IMG/VR virus record: IMGVR_UViG_3300037882_001770
Coordinates: 248,001-312,000 of that record
DNA length: 64,000 bases
Direction: 5' to 3' (one strand)
Shown here: in pieces, positions 37,815-47,138 of the stretch
Layout: the number at the start of each line of letters is the position of its first letter
Position numbering within the stretch: the stretch's first letter is position 1
Made by a program: the position numbers and the translations under genes
Notes under the pieces: model-generated
Databases searched by the model: none
Told to the model about the DNA's origin: nothing
What the model saw: the letters and a program-made list of their open reading frames with translations, nothing else

Positions 37815-38761
37815 AAGTTGTAGTTACTGGTGCGGCCGGGTACATTGGCGGAGAAACACTAATCAAGTTAGTCGATGCCGGACATGATGTACTGGCTATA
37901 GATCGTGTGATGCCACCAGGTAGTTTAATTTCGGTTCCTTGCCAATGGCACACTGGTGATTTTGCCAGTGAACTAGGAATAGACGCTATCAAGTTGTTTT
38001 GCCCTGATGCTATTATTCATTGTGCCGGTACTAGTTTGGTCGGACCAAGCCTAGAGCATCCAGAAGAATACTACAATAATAACTTTATTAAAACTAAAAT
38101 TCTATTAGACTATTTGGTCAAGAATCATGACAAACAAGTTAGATTTATTTTTAGTTCAAGTGCCGCAACCTACGGTAATCCCATCATGACTCCGGTTCAA
38201 GAAATTGATCCAACTGAGCCAATTAGTCCATACGGCCAAAGTAAGTTAATGATTGACTGGATGTTACAAAGTTATCAGCAAGCCTACGGATTAGACTTTG
38301 TGTCATTTCGTTACTTTAATGCTTGCGGTGCTGATAGTCAAGCCCGACACGGTCAGCCACCAGGAGCTACTCATATCATTGCTCGTGTGTTAGAATCAGT
38401 TAAAAATAACACTGACTTTACTTTGTATGGCACCGATTATCCCACTGATGATGGTACTTGTATTCGCGACTATATCCACGTGGAAGATCTAGCAGAAGCA
38501 CACATTATTGCTATAGACCAAACCATCCCCAGCGGTGTTTATAATCTCGGTACTAATGCCGGTAACAGTAATCTTGCAGTTGTACAATTAGCTTCGCAGA
38601 TAGTCAGCCGAGATATTCCGGTACTACACGGACCTCAACGAAAAGGTGATCCTGCTATCCTTACTGCTGATGCTAGCAAGTTTATGAGCGTGAGCTCTTG
38701 GGCTCCAAGATTTACGTTACATGATATTATTACCCACGCATGGGCCTGGTATAATAAATGA
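37811..38761 (+). CDS. galE: UDP-glucose 4-epimerase
   Basis: TGAAGYIG, FSSSAATYG, YGQSK, FRYFNACGA, DGTCIRDYIHV. Confidence 0.9.
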   Translation: MKVVVTGAAGYIGGETLIKLVDAGHDVLAIDRVMPPGSLISVPCQWHTGDFASELGIDAIKLFCPDAIIHCAGTSLVGPSLEHPEEYYNNNFIKTKILLDYLVKNHDKQVRFIFSSSAATYGNPIMTPVQEIDPTEPISPYGQSKLMIDWMLQSYQQAYGLDFVSFRYFNACGADSQARHGQPPGATHIIARVLESVKNNTDFTLYGTDYPTDDGTCIRDYIHVEDLAEAHIIAIDQTIPSGVYNLGTNAGNSNLAVVQLASQIVSRDIPVLHGPQRKGDPAILTADASKFMSVSSWAPRFTLHDIITHAWAWYNK

Positions 38762-39348
38762 GTTTCCAAGCATTATTTGATTTTGAATCTGCGCTAGCTG
38801 AATATACCGGCGCACCTTACGTAGTACTAACTGACGGTTGTACTCATGCTCTAGAACTTTGTTTTCGTTACGACAAAATCAAAGAAACTGCATTTACACC
38901 ATATACCTACTTGAGTGTCCCTATGCTTATGCATCACTTGGGGATCAAGTATGAATATCATAACCAAGAGCATAGACAAAAGTGGACAGGTGAATACAAG
39001 TTCGAATGTACACGTATCTGGGACTCGGCTCGTAGACTAGAACGCAACATGTACCACCCAGGACAAATGCAGTGCCTGAGTTTTGGATGGACCAAACCTC
39101 TACAACTGGGCAAGGTAGGCGCCATCCTTCTTGACGACGCAGAAGCACATCGCGTCATGAGTCGGCAACGGTCAGATGGTAGAGATCTACATGTGCCATG
39201 GGAAACCGAAACCGAATTGATCTTGGGTTATCACTATTGCCCCACTTTGGAACTATGCGTAAAGGGATTAGAATTATTACCCGTTATAGAACCCCGGTCA
39301 CAACCTGGCATTTATCCAGACTGTAGAAATATTTTGTTTACTACTTGA
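38758..39348 (+). CDS. Short DegT/DnrJ-like PLP aminotransferase
   Basis: GCTHALEL, WDSAR, SFGWTKPL (PLP lysine), GAIL; only 196 aa. Confidence 0.7.
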   Translation: MSFQALFDFESALAEYTGAPYVVLTDGCTHALELCFRYDKIKETAFTPYTYLSVPMLMHHLGIKYEYHNQEHRQKWTGEYKFECTRIWDSARRLERNMYHPGQMQCLSFGWTKPLQLGKVGAILLDDAEAHRVMSRQRSDGRDLHVPWETETELILGYHYCPTLELCVKGLELLPVIEPRSQPGIYPDCRNILFTT

Positions 39349-39373
39349 TAAAGATCTAAATAACTGTTATAAT
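39345..39373 (+). promoter_or_regulatory. Sigma70-like promoter with nested TAAATA
   Basis: TTGATA-N17-TATAAT; ATCTAAATA in the spacer. Confidence 0.6.
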
Positions 39374-39425
39374 AGCAACAAGACTGGTCATCCTCGACCA
39401 CAACAAATAACTCGGAGAAAATGCA

Positions 39426-40256
39426 ATGCCTAAATATGTTTCACCTGAAGAACAAAAGATAGAAGATTTAAAATCACGAAAATATGCAGACGAAGCGCCG
39501 TATCATCCTGGCTACGAAGATGCGGCCTTGGGACCAATCGCATTCGACGAAGACAAAGACTACAAGGAAGCTAATCTAGCCGATGCCATTAGATTTAACA
39601 TGCGGCGCGATAAGAAACGTTTTTGGGCCGGTGATAACATTAGTGATTATCTGCACGAAGGCGATAAAGAACGCCTTATCAATGAAGCTACGGTGGCTTT
39701 TGAAAAAGTGTTAGATACCTTGTTGATTGATCGTGAAACAGACCCTAACAGCCGAGGCACAGCACGTAGACTGGCCAAGATGTATTTTAACGAAATTATG
39801 GAGGGTAGATATGCGCCAGCCCCAGATGCAACAGCTTTTCCGAATGATTCAGAAGACCGCTATGAAGGTATGTTGGTTGTTCGTAGTGAGTTACGAAGTA
39901 TATGCAGTCATCACCATCAGCCTGTCAGTGGTGTTGCTTATATTGGCATCATCGCCGCCAACAAACTTATCGGTCTTTCTAAGTATACTCGGATCGCTCA
40001 GTGGTGCGCTCGCCGTGGTACTCTACAAGAAGAATTATGTAACGACATTGCAAGAGAAATAATGCGAGCCACAGACTCAGAAAACGTGGGTGTGTATGTA
40101 CAGGCCACGCATGGGTGTTGTGAAAATCGTGGTATTATGGCACATTCCAGTCTAACACAGACTACCGTGCTTCGAGGTTCGTTCCAAACAGATCCCGGCA
40201 CTAAAAAAGAGTTCATGGACAATATCAAACTACAACAGGACTTTGCGCCAAGATGA
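39426..40256 (+). CDS. folE: GTP cyclohydrolase I
   Basis: SICSHHHQP, GLSKYTR, QEEL, HGCCENRG. Confidence 0.95.
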   Translation: MPKYVSPEEQKIEDLKSRKYADEAPYHPGYEDAALGPIAFDEDKDYKEANLADAIRFNMRRDKKRFWAGDNISDYLHEGDKERLINEATVAFEKVLDTLLIDRETDPNSRGTARRLAKMYFNEIMEGRYAPAPDATAFPNDSEDRYEGMLVVRSELRSICSHHHQPVSGVAYIGIIAANKLIGLSKYTRIAQWCARRGTLQEELCNDIAREIMRATDSENVGVYVQATHGCCENRGIMAHSSLTQTTVLRGSFQTDPGTKKEFMDNIKLQQDFAPR

Positions 40257-40477
40257 ATACAGCAAAACAACTAGCAGACCAACTTATCACACGTGCCAAA
40301 AACATGCAGGAGTTTACGGTACTACGTGACTTTGACGACATTGTGTTTGATGGTGGGGTGATTCCATTTACCATCAATCACTGCATGGGTGAACAGGCTC
40401 GTATTATTGTGCCGGCGGTTACCCAAAAAGAAGCCGAGCAACAGGTCGATCGTTGGTTACGAGAACAACGTGCATGA
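40253..40477 (+). CDS. Hypothetical protein
   Basis: 74 aa ORF, ATGA overlaps. Confidence 0.55.
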   Translation: MNTAKQLADQLITRAKNMQEFTVLRDFDDIVFDGGVIPFTINHCMGEQARIIVPAVTQKEAEQQVDRWLREQRA

Positions 40478-40830
40478 CTATCAACGCTTCATCACCGTTT
40501 TTGTTTGTAGGCCCTAGTAATAATTCATATGTTGGCACTAATGGTCCTGGGGCCGGAATGGTTAGATACAATACCAACACACAGTCGTTAGAAGCGTTTG
40601 ACGGCAGTGTATGGATTCGAATTGCCAATGATCAAAGCGTTGGGTTGGTTAGTGATGCGGTAGATGCTATTCATTGGGCCAGAGACAAAATCATCAAAGA
40701 ACAACAGCTAAAAGAATTGGCTAAACAACATCCTGGCGTTTCCGACGCCATGCAACAGCTTCAACGAGCAAGTGAACAGCTAGAAATAATGGTTCATCTG
40801 GTCAACCAAGACAAAAACTCTGTTGTATAA
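40474..40830 (+). CDS. Hypothetical protein
   Basis: GMVRYNTNTQSLEAFDGSVW and a C-terminal helix. Confidence 0.6.
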   Translation: MTINASSPFLFVGPSNNSYVGTNGPGAGMVRYNTNTQSLEAFDGSVWIRIANDQSVGLVSDAVDAIHWARDKIIKEQQLKELAKQHPGVSDAMQQLQRASEQLEIMVHLVNQDKNSVV

Positions 40831-40847
40831 AGGCAACATCTAGCAGT

Positions 40848-40876
40848 TTGACTTAAAATTCCGTTTCTCTTATAAT
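40848..40876 (+). promoter_or_regulatory. Sigma70-like promoter
   Basis: TTGACT-N17-TATAAT. Confidence 0.7.
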
Positions 40877-40907
40877 ACTAGTATCGTAATAAATTCTAGG
40901 GTATAGG

Positions 40908-43418
40908 ATGAAGCGGAAATTGCTTTATACACTAATGTTCGGCTCAGTTATTGTGCTCACTGCCTGTGGGGGTGGAGGAGGGGGTGGAAGAGAGAGTGGA
41001 GGAGGAGGTGCTCCTGGTTCTCCACCGATCTATAATACTCCTAATCCATATCTCAGAGCCGAAGTCCCGTATTCTACCCCAGTGTTACAAGCAGTAGTAG
41101 ATCCATTGGTCAACGTGGCAGGTAATGGCTATAAATGGGCAGTAGCCGACACATTCTCGGCAGACATTGTCGGCACCGGTGGTCAAGATTTAATTGTTGC
41201 TGGTCGTATGACCCAACCGACTCCTATCGCAGAATGGGGCGACAATCGCATCAGCATGCTGAGCTGGCAAAACAATCAGCTGGTAGATAAAACAACGCAA
41301 TGGTTTCCAAATGATACCAATATTATATTAGGTACTGAGCCTAGTGTTAAATTTGCTGACTTTTTTAAAACAGGTCGCAATGACATGTTTGTATCAACCG
41401 GTACTGATATGCAACACTACGGTCCAACATATTTTTATCGCAATACCGGCACACAGTTCGAACGTCAACTATTAACCACAGCAAATATTTGGTCGCATGA
41501 TTCTGCAATCGGCGACCTTGACGGGGACGGGTACAAAGATATTGCTATTATTGACTACGGCACTAATACTACACTGGCCTTTAACAACCGAGTAAATGGA
41601 TTTAATGTATATACTCAAGCTCAAAACATAGTTAACGGTTACACCAACGTAGCCATCCATACCGGCAGTAGTATTGCTATTGGTAATTTTTTAGGCAACA
41701 GCCAAGGACAACTGATAGTAACTGATACTCCCGGTGCCAACAACAGTAGTCCTACAAAAATGTATTCTTGGGCGATCAATGCTCAAAATCAACTTAACTT
41801 TACAGAATTATCTACACTACCAACTCCTAGATTTGAACTGCCTAAATGGGCCGGGTATGGGTTTGCACCCGGAAGCCATAACGTTAGAGCAGTAACGTAC
41901 GATTTCAATGATGACGCCAAGCCCGATGTATTGATTTTCAGTCGACCTGGGCTTGGTACTGTAGATAACAAATGGAGCGAAATACAGTTCTTAAAAAATA
42001 GCGGAACTGGTGCATTTACTGATGTAACCGATGATACTCTAGTAGGTTATAATCATAGAACCTACACTACATATAATCCTAAATTTCTTGACTTAAACGG
42101 TGACGGGCGCGAAGACATCTTAGTATCCGGTGCAGATTTTACAGGGACTAACAATAGCACACAATTTTTATTAAAAAGTTCAGACGGCAAGTATGTGGCA
42201 GCATATCAAAACATTCTAACTGACTTTGCGACTCAGGCCAATTCAGTGCAAGGTGCCGACAACATGGGCAATACTGTAAATGTACTCAAAGCGCCCAATG
42301 GCAAACTATTTTTAGTTTCGGCAGTTAGTTTTATGAACAACGGCGATCGCCAACTTGCGGTGTACATGAGCGAACTTGGTAGTCAAAGTACTACAACTGC
42401 TCAAACAGCAATTAACTTAATTTTACAAAAATGGCCGTACATGACTGTGCCGGAGGCCAACGAAGTGTTGGCGCGAACTAGTGCTACATATTTTGGCGGA
42501 CGTGTAATTGATATAGATACTATGATGAATCCTGTTGGGTCATTAAGTATTCCTAACGCTAGAGGTTTGGCACCGATCAACGGATTTATTGCAGGAGTTA
42601 ATTTAGATTCTGGACAAGCGGTTGTACTTGATGAGCTTAAACGATCATACAGTATGAATATTCAGCCCATGAACATCATGCGTTTAAATGCGTTTCAAAT
42701 GAATATGGGACATAACGATCAACATAATCTTACTAGTCATGCTGAGTATCTGGTAAACGGACCTGTAATGACTTATGGTAACATTAGAGTCGGTAGCGAA
42801 AATCGAAACAACTTCACACACGGCGGTGCAAGCGACGGTCCAATGCTGGTTAATCAACAACTTACAAATTACACTCTTGGCCTTCCAAACATCTGGAGCA
42901 AAGGTAATTTTTCAGTTGGTACACAATATACTGTTCTTAATCAAAATCCGTGGCTTGCAATAGGCGGTGCTTGGGGCCAAATTACCAATTCAAACGTGCT
43001 TGATAATGTAGTAACCTATCGTAATAAAGGATTTAGTACGCAGGCTAGTTTGATGCACGTGACCACAAATATCACTCCCGGACTAGTAACCAATGTGAGC
43101 AACATGACTGGGGGATGGGCCGAAACCGGATATAGATATACTGACTGGAAAGGGCTTGGCGACATTGGCGTATATGCTGGTGTCAAACCGGTTGTGTTTT
43201 CGGGCAATGTTACAGCAAGAATTCCAACCAGTATTGACAACGCAGGCAACATAGTGTACACTAATAAAAACATGGCCATACAAAATCAAACCACTACATA
43301 TATCCGTGCTATGTACAGCAACATGCTAGACAAAAATACACAGTATCGAGTTAGTGGCATGGTGTTGTCAAGTGGTCAATATCGACTCATGTATGAACTT
43401 AGATGGTGGTTAGACTAA
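40908..43418 (+). CDS. Lipoprotein with FG-GAP/VCBS repeats and a beta-rich C-terminal domain
   Basis: Lipobox VLTAC plus poly-Gly; GDLDGDGYKD, DFNDDAKPD, DLNGDGRED repeats; aromatic C-terminus YELRWWLD. Confidence 0.75.
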   Translation: MKRKLLYTLMFGSVIVLTACGGGGGGGRESGGGGAPGSPPIYNTPNPYLRAEVPYSTPVLQAVVDPLVNVAGNGYKWAVADTFSADIVGTGGQDLIVAGRMTQPTPIAEWGDNRISMLSWQNNQLVDKTTQWFPNDTNIILGTEPSVKFADFFKTGRNDMFVSTGTDMQHYGPTYFYRNTGTQFERQLLTTANIWSHDSAIGDLDGDGYKDIAIIDYGTNTTLAFNNRVNGFNVYTQAQNIVNGYTNVAIHTGSSIAIGNFLGNSQGQLIVTDTPGANNSSPTKMYSWAINAQNQLNFTELSTLPTPRFELPKWAGYGFAPGSHNVRAVTYDFNDDAKPDVLIFSRPGLGTVDNKWSEIQFLKNSGTGAFTDVTDDTLVGYNHRTYTTYNPKFLDLNGDGREDILVSGADFTGTNNSTQFLLKSSDGKYVAAYQNILTDFATQANSVQGADNMGNTVNVLKAPNGKLFLVSAVSFMNNGDRQLAVYMSELGSQSTTTAQTAINLILQKWPYMTVPEANEVLARTSATYFGGRVIDIDTMMNPVGSLSIPNARGLAPINGFIAGVNLDSGQAVVLDELKRSYSMNIQPMNIMRLNAFQMNMGHNDQHNLTSHAEYLVNGPVMTYGNIRVGSENRNNFTHGGASDGPMLVNQQLTNYTLGLPNIWSKGNFSVGTQYTVLNQNPWLAIGGAWGQITNSNVLDNVVTYRNKGFSTQASLMHVTTNITPGLVTNVSNMTGGWAETGYRYTDWKGLGDIGVYAGVKPVVFSGNVTARIPTSIDNAGNIVYTNKNMAIQNQTTTYIRAMYSNMLDKNTQYRVSGMVLSSGQYRLMYELRWWLD

Positions 43419-43789
43419 TGGACTTAGAAGAAGCTCAACGATACGGAATAGCACCTTGGGACAACATACTCAAAGAAGACTTTCACGTGGTAGTGTATCT
43501 AGATCGATATCCTTGTACTGAAGGACATAGACTATATGTTCCTAGATACGACTCGGATATGTTGATGAATCAGTGCCTCACTGACGCTCTAAGAGATGGC
43601 CAGGCTATGGTTGCCGCAGGTGAGTGTGACGGATTCAACATTGGTATGAATTGGGGTACAGCCGCGGGGCAAACTGTGATGTGGCCACACATTCATCTTA
43701 TACCAAGAAGAAATGGTGATGTTGAAGATCCAGTGGGCGGAGTTAGAAATACCATACCCGGTAAAGGTAATTATAAAAAATGGAAGTAG
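43418..43789 (+). CDS. HIT-family nucleotide hydrolase
   Basis: GFNIGMN...AGQTVMWPHIHLIPR. Confidence 0.9.
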   Translation: MDLEEAQRYGIAPWDNILKEDFHVVVYLDRYPCTEGHRLYVPRYDSDMLMNQCLTDALRDGQAMVAAGECDGFNIGMNWGTAAGQTVMWPHIHLIPRRNGDVEDPVGGVRNTIPGKGNYKKWK

Positions 43790-43983
43790 CACTTACCGCG
43801 TTAATGGTAGGATTGTTGGGATACCAAGTAACCATGCCGTCAAATGAAAATGCCAAATACATGTTTAGTGTGCATCAGGATACCATTATAAAAATGAACA
43901 CCCAAGACGGCAGTATGGTAAAATGCAAATCAGATTTGACTTGTGAAGAATTTAAAACTGTATCCACTGAAACAAATAAATAG
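43780..43983 (+). CDS. Small membrane/secreted hypothetical protein
   Basis: Hydrophobic N-terminus, 67 aa. Confidence 0.5.
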   Translation: MEVALTALMVGLLGYQVTMPSNENAKYMFSVHQDTIIKMNTQDGSMVKCKSDLTCEEFKTVSTETNK

Positions 43984-44013
43984 ATTTACAGCGGCCTTTT
44001 GGTGTCACCCCGC

Positions 44014-44052
44014 TTTACAAATTCTGCCACCTATGCTATAATCTAACATAGG
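44014..44052 (+). promoter_or_regulatory. Sigma70-like promoter within an RBS-sequestering inverted repeat
   Basis: TTTACA-N17-TATAAT; CCTATG/CATAGG flanks the -10 and overlaps AGGAG. Confidence 0.55.
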
Positions 44053-44061
44053 AGAAATACA

Positions 44062-44586
44062 ATGGCAAAATATCTTTCAACAAAAACTTATGGTAACGAT
44101 CGCGGCTTGTCCTGCTGTTTCAGACAATGGCGCAGTACACACAGCCATTGCAGTTTGCTACATGGTTACTCAATTGGTATTAAACTGATCTTTGAAAGTG
44201 AAACTCTAGATGATCGTAACTGGGTCATGGACTTTGGCGGACTCAAAGCGTTCAAAGAATGGGCTGATTGGCAATTTGATCATACCATGTGTGTGGGGTC
44301 TGATGATCCCCATTTAGAAAAATTCAAAGCCCTAGCCGCACTAGGCAAACAGGCCGAAGGCGGCATAGTAGATCTGCGTATTGTAGAAGCGGTGGGCTGT
44401 GAAAAATTTGCAGAACTTGCTTATCGCACAATGCAACAAATATTAGCGGCATATCAAGAAGGTAGCAAGTGGCATCATCCTGACGGACGTGTATTTGAAG
44501 CACGTTACCCAGTTGAGATCGGTGTTAGACTGCGCTCAGCAGAAGTATTCGAACATGCCGGTAATAGTGCTATCTATGAAGGCTAA
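44062..44586 (+). CDS. queD: 6-carboxytetrahydropterin synthase
   Basis: HCSLLHGY, WVMDFGGLK, FDH, GCEKFAE. Confidence 0.9.
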   Translation: MAKYLSTKTYGNDRGLSCCFRQWRSTHSHCSLLHGYSIGIKLIFESETLDDRNWVMDFGGLKAFKEWADWQFDHTMCVGSDDPHLEKFKALAALGKQAEGGIVDLRIVEAVGCEKFAELAYRTMQQILAAYQEGSKWHHPDGRVFEARYPVEIGVRLRSAEVFEHAGNSAIYEG

Positions 44587-44615
44587 AAATTAAGATTTAT
44601 TTGCTTAAGGACTAA

Positions 44616-45509
44616 ATGACAAGACCGTTTAAAATTGCAGTATTGTTACCCACTCGTGGAAGGACTGATGCCTTGGCTCGTAGTATCATTAGCCTGTTTA
44701 ATCGAGCTGTGGACAAAAGCAGCATTCAGTTGATGATGATTTTTGATCACGACGACGATATAGGGTATGGATACTTTGAAAGAAAAATTCGGCCTTGGCT
44801 GGACGATCACGAAATCGACTATACTGCACTCGGAGTCGACAGCATGGGGTATGAGGGTCTTAATCGTTATTACAACACTATGGCAGAATCATGTGATGCT
44901 GATTGGTTTTTTATCTGGAACGATGATGCTATCATGGAAACTACTGGCTGGGATCAAATAATTACCAAAAACACAGGCGAATTTAAGCTGTTGGCTGTAC
45001 GCACACACAACGATCATCCTTACAGTATTTTTCCTATTATTCCTCGTGAGTGGTACGATCTATTTGGCTTGTTGAGCCGTCATCAGATGATCGACGCAGA
45101 GTTTAGTCAGCTTGCATACATGCTCAATATATTTGAACGAGTAGATATTTTTGTTACCCACGACCGTGCAGACCTCACCGGCAACAATGCCGACGAAACT
45201 GACAAAAAACGTGTGAGATTCGAGGGCAATCCAGAAAATCCGCATGACTTTCATCACACTCTCTACTCTAAGCAACGTCTTGTTGACGCAGAAACCATAG
45301 CACAATATATGAAGTCAATTGGCATGGACGTAGAATTTTGGACCAATGTCAAGGCTGGCAAACAGTATCCATGGGAACAACTGATCAAAAATGACACTAA
45401 CAAACAGATGAGACAATTTGGCGTAACAGTAGATCCTGTCACAAACAAAGTGGTTGCTATCAAACCAGACGATCATGCAAACATAGTAAGGCAACAAAAT
45501 GAATCTTGA
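44616..45509 (+). CDS. GT-A glycosyltransferase (GT2-like)
   Basis: LLPTRGR, FDHDD, FFIWNDD. Confidence 0.8.
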   Translation: MTRPFKIAVLLPTRGRTDALARSIISLFNRAVDKSSIQLMMIFDHDDDIGYGYFERKIRPWLDDHEIDYTALGVDSMGYEGLNRYYNTMAESCDADWFFIWNDDAIMETTGWDQIITKNTGEFKLLAVRTHNDHPYSIFPIIPREWYDLFGLLSRHQMIDAEFSQLAYMLNIFERVDIFVTHDRADLTGNNADETDKKRVRFEGNPENPHDFHHTLYSKQRLVDAETIAQYMKSIGMDVEFWTNVKAGKQYPWEQLIKNDTNKQMRQFGVTVDPVTNKVVAIKPDDHANIVRQQNES

Positions 45510-46734
45510 TATCATTACCAGTAAAAAAATTGATCAGTGCTTGATTACCAGTTTGCCAGTTACTAAAGTTTTAGATTTTGGTCAGCATTCTTATGCTGAT
45601 ACTTTTATTAGCCAAGATCAATATCATCTCAGCGAGCCAGTGTTTCCTTTACAGGTCATGCTGTGTCCAGATTCAGGCATGATACAGTTAGGATATGTCA
45701 GCAACGCCGAAGCAAGATATAATTTATACAGCTACAGTTACACTTCCAGTAATAGCAAAACTGCAAGAGATCATTGGGATCGTTATGCCGCCACTATTAA
45801 AAATACCTACGGGGTCAACGGACTAGTTGTTGAGATTGGCAGCAATGACGGATATCTAATTGGACAGTTTAATGGCGAAGCTACCACAGCACTTGGAGTT
45901 GACAGTAGCAAAGAAATGTGTCGTCTTGCCAAGAACAAAGGAGTCGAAACAGTACACGGATTATTTGATTTCGGTACTGCCCAGTCTCTAAAAAACACAC
46001 ATGGCACAGCAAAAATTATTATGGCCAATAATGTGTTTAATCATGCCAACGACCCGCTGGCATTTGCCAAAGCAGTTGGCGAATTGTTAGACCCAGAGTC
46101 AGGTGTATTTGTATTCGAAGTGCCATACTGGCTCAGTATGGTCCAAAGTGGCCGCTTTACAGATATGGTCTATCACGAACATCCTAGCTATTTTACAGTA
46201 AAGAGTCTTTGGAATTTGCTTAAAATTGCAGGGCTAGAAATTACAGATTATCAAATAGTAGACTACCATGGCGGAAGTCTGAGAGTACATGCTCGTTGTG
46301 ATACTGGTGCAGACATGCCAGACTTGATTACCCATGCAATACTTCAAGAACACGTAGCTGGAATATTCCTGCCAGAGTTTTATCAAAATCTTCAAAGAAA
46401 ATTTGAATTGCAACGAGCTGAATGGTTGTATAATTTTAATCAGATTTACATGACCGATCCCGATGCTGTGTTTATTGGCATTGGTGCAGCCGCAAAAGCA
46501 AACACCTGGCTAACCTGGCACGGCCTCAATGCTACCCACTTGCATTGTATTACCGACGCTAGCGAATACAAGCAAGGCAAATACACCCCGCTGAGTAGAA
46601 TTCCTATTTTAGGCGACAACGAGTTTGCCAATCATCCGGCTCCGTATGCGTTGATTTTAAGTTGGAATATTAGCGAAGGCCTCAAGAAATCCATACTAAA
46701 TATCAACCCCAACACAAGGTTTATTTCACAATGA
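45499..46734 (+). CDS. NDP-sugar C-methyltransferase-like protein
   Basis: VEIGSNDG, ANNVFNH, YHEHPSYF, HGGSLR, GAAAKANT, LILSWN. Confidence 0.85.
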   Translation: MNLDIITSKKIDQCLITSLPVTKVLDFGQHSYADTFISQDQYHLSEPVFPLQVMLCPDSGMIQLGYVSNAEARYNLYSYSYTSSNSKTARDHWDRYAATIKNTYGVNGLVVEIGSNDGYLIGQFNGEATTALGVDSSKEMCRLAKNKGVETVHGLFDFGTAQSLKNTHGTAKIIMANNVFNHANDPLAFAKAVGELLDPESGVFVFEVPYWLSMVQSGRFTDMVYHEHPSYFTVKSLWNLLKIAGLEITDYQIVDYHGGSLRVHARCDTGADMPDLITHAILQEHVAGIFLPEFYQNLQRKFELQRAEWLYNFNQIYMTDPDAVFIGIGAAAKANTWLTWHGLNATHLHCITDASEYKQGKYTPLSRIPILGDNEFANHPAPYALILSWNISEGLKKSILNINPNTRFISQ

Positions 46735-47138
46735 AACACTACAATATTCACAGCAACCAAGAGCCTGGTCTAGGTGTACATCAAGACGATCGCGGTACCA
46801 TTGCAGATATTTTTTATAAATTAAATGTAAATCACGGTTGTTTAATCAGCAATGCTCCCGGAGCAGTGCGTGGCAATCATTATCACAAATTAACAACACA
46901 GTACACCTTTATTGTAGCCGGCAGTTTGGAATACTATAGCAAATCTGTCGACAGTGACAAGCCAGCTCAAGTGCTATCAGCAAAGGGCGGGGATTTTATT
47001 ATTAGCGAACCAAACGAGATCCATGCACTCCGCGCTGGCGCACAAGGGTGTGTGTTTATAGCATTTGCTGAAGGCCCTCGTGGTGGTGAAGACTACGAAA
47101 ATGACACATTTCGAGTAGACTCAATTATTCCACAATGA
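46731..47138 (+). CDS. Cupin (sugar epimerase/isomerase-like)
   Basis: DDRG, RGNHYH, PNEIH. Confidence 0.8.
   Translation: MKHYNIHSNQEPGLGVHQDDRGTIADIFYKLNVNHGCLISNAPGAVRGNHYHKLTTQYTFIVAGSLEYYSKSVDSDKPAQVLSAKGGDFIISEPNEIHALRAGAQGCVFIAFAEGPRGGEDYENDTFRVDSIIPQ

Noticed and set aside
39385-39417. Formal preQ1-I riboswitch call
   Set aside because: Loop too short and canonical loop/tail consensus absent; reported only as a candidate.
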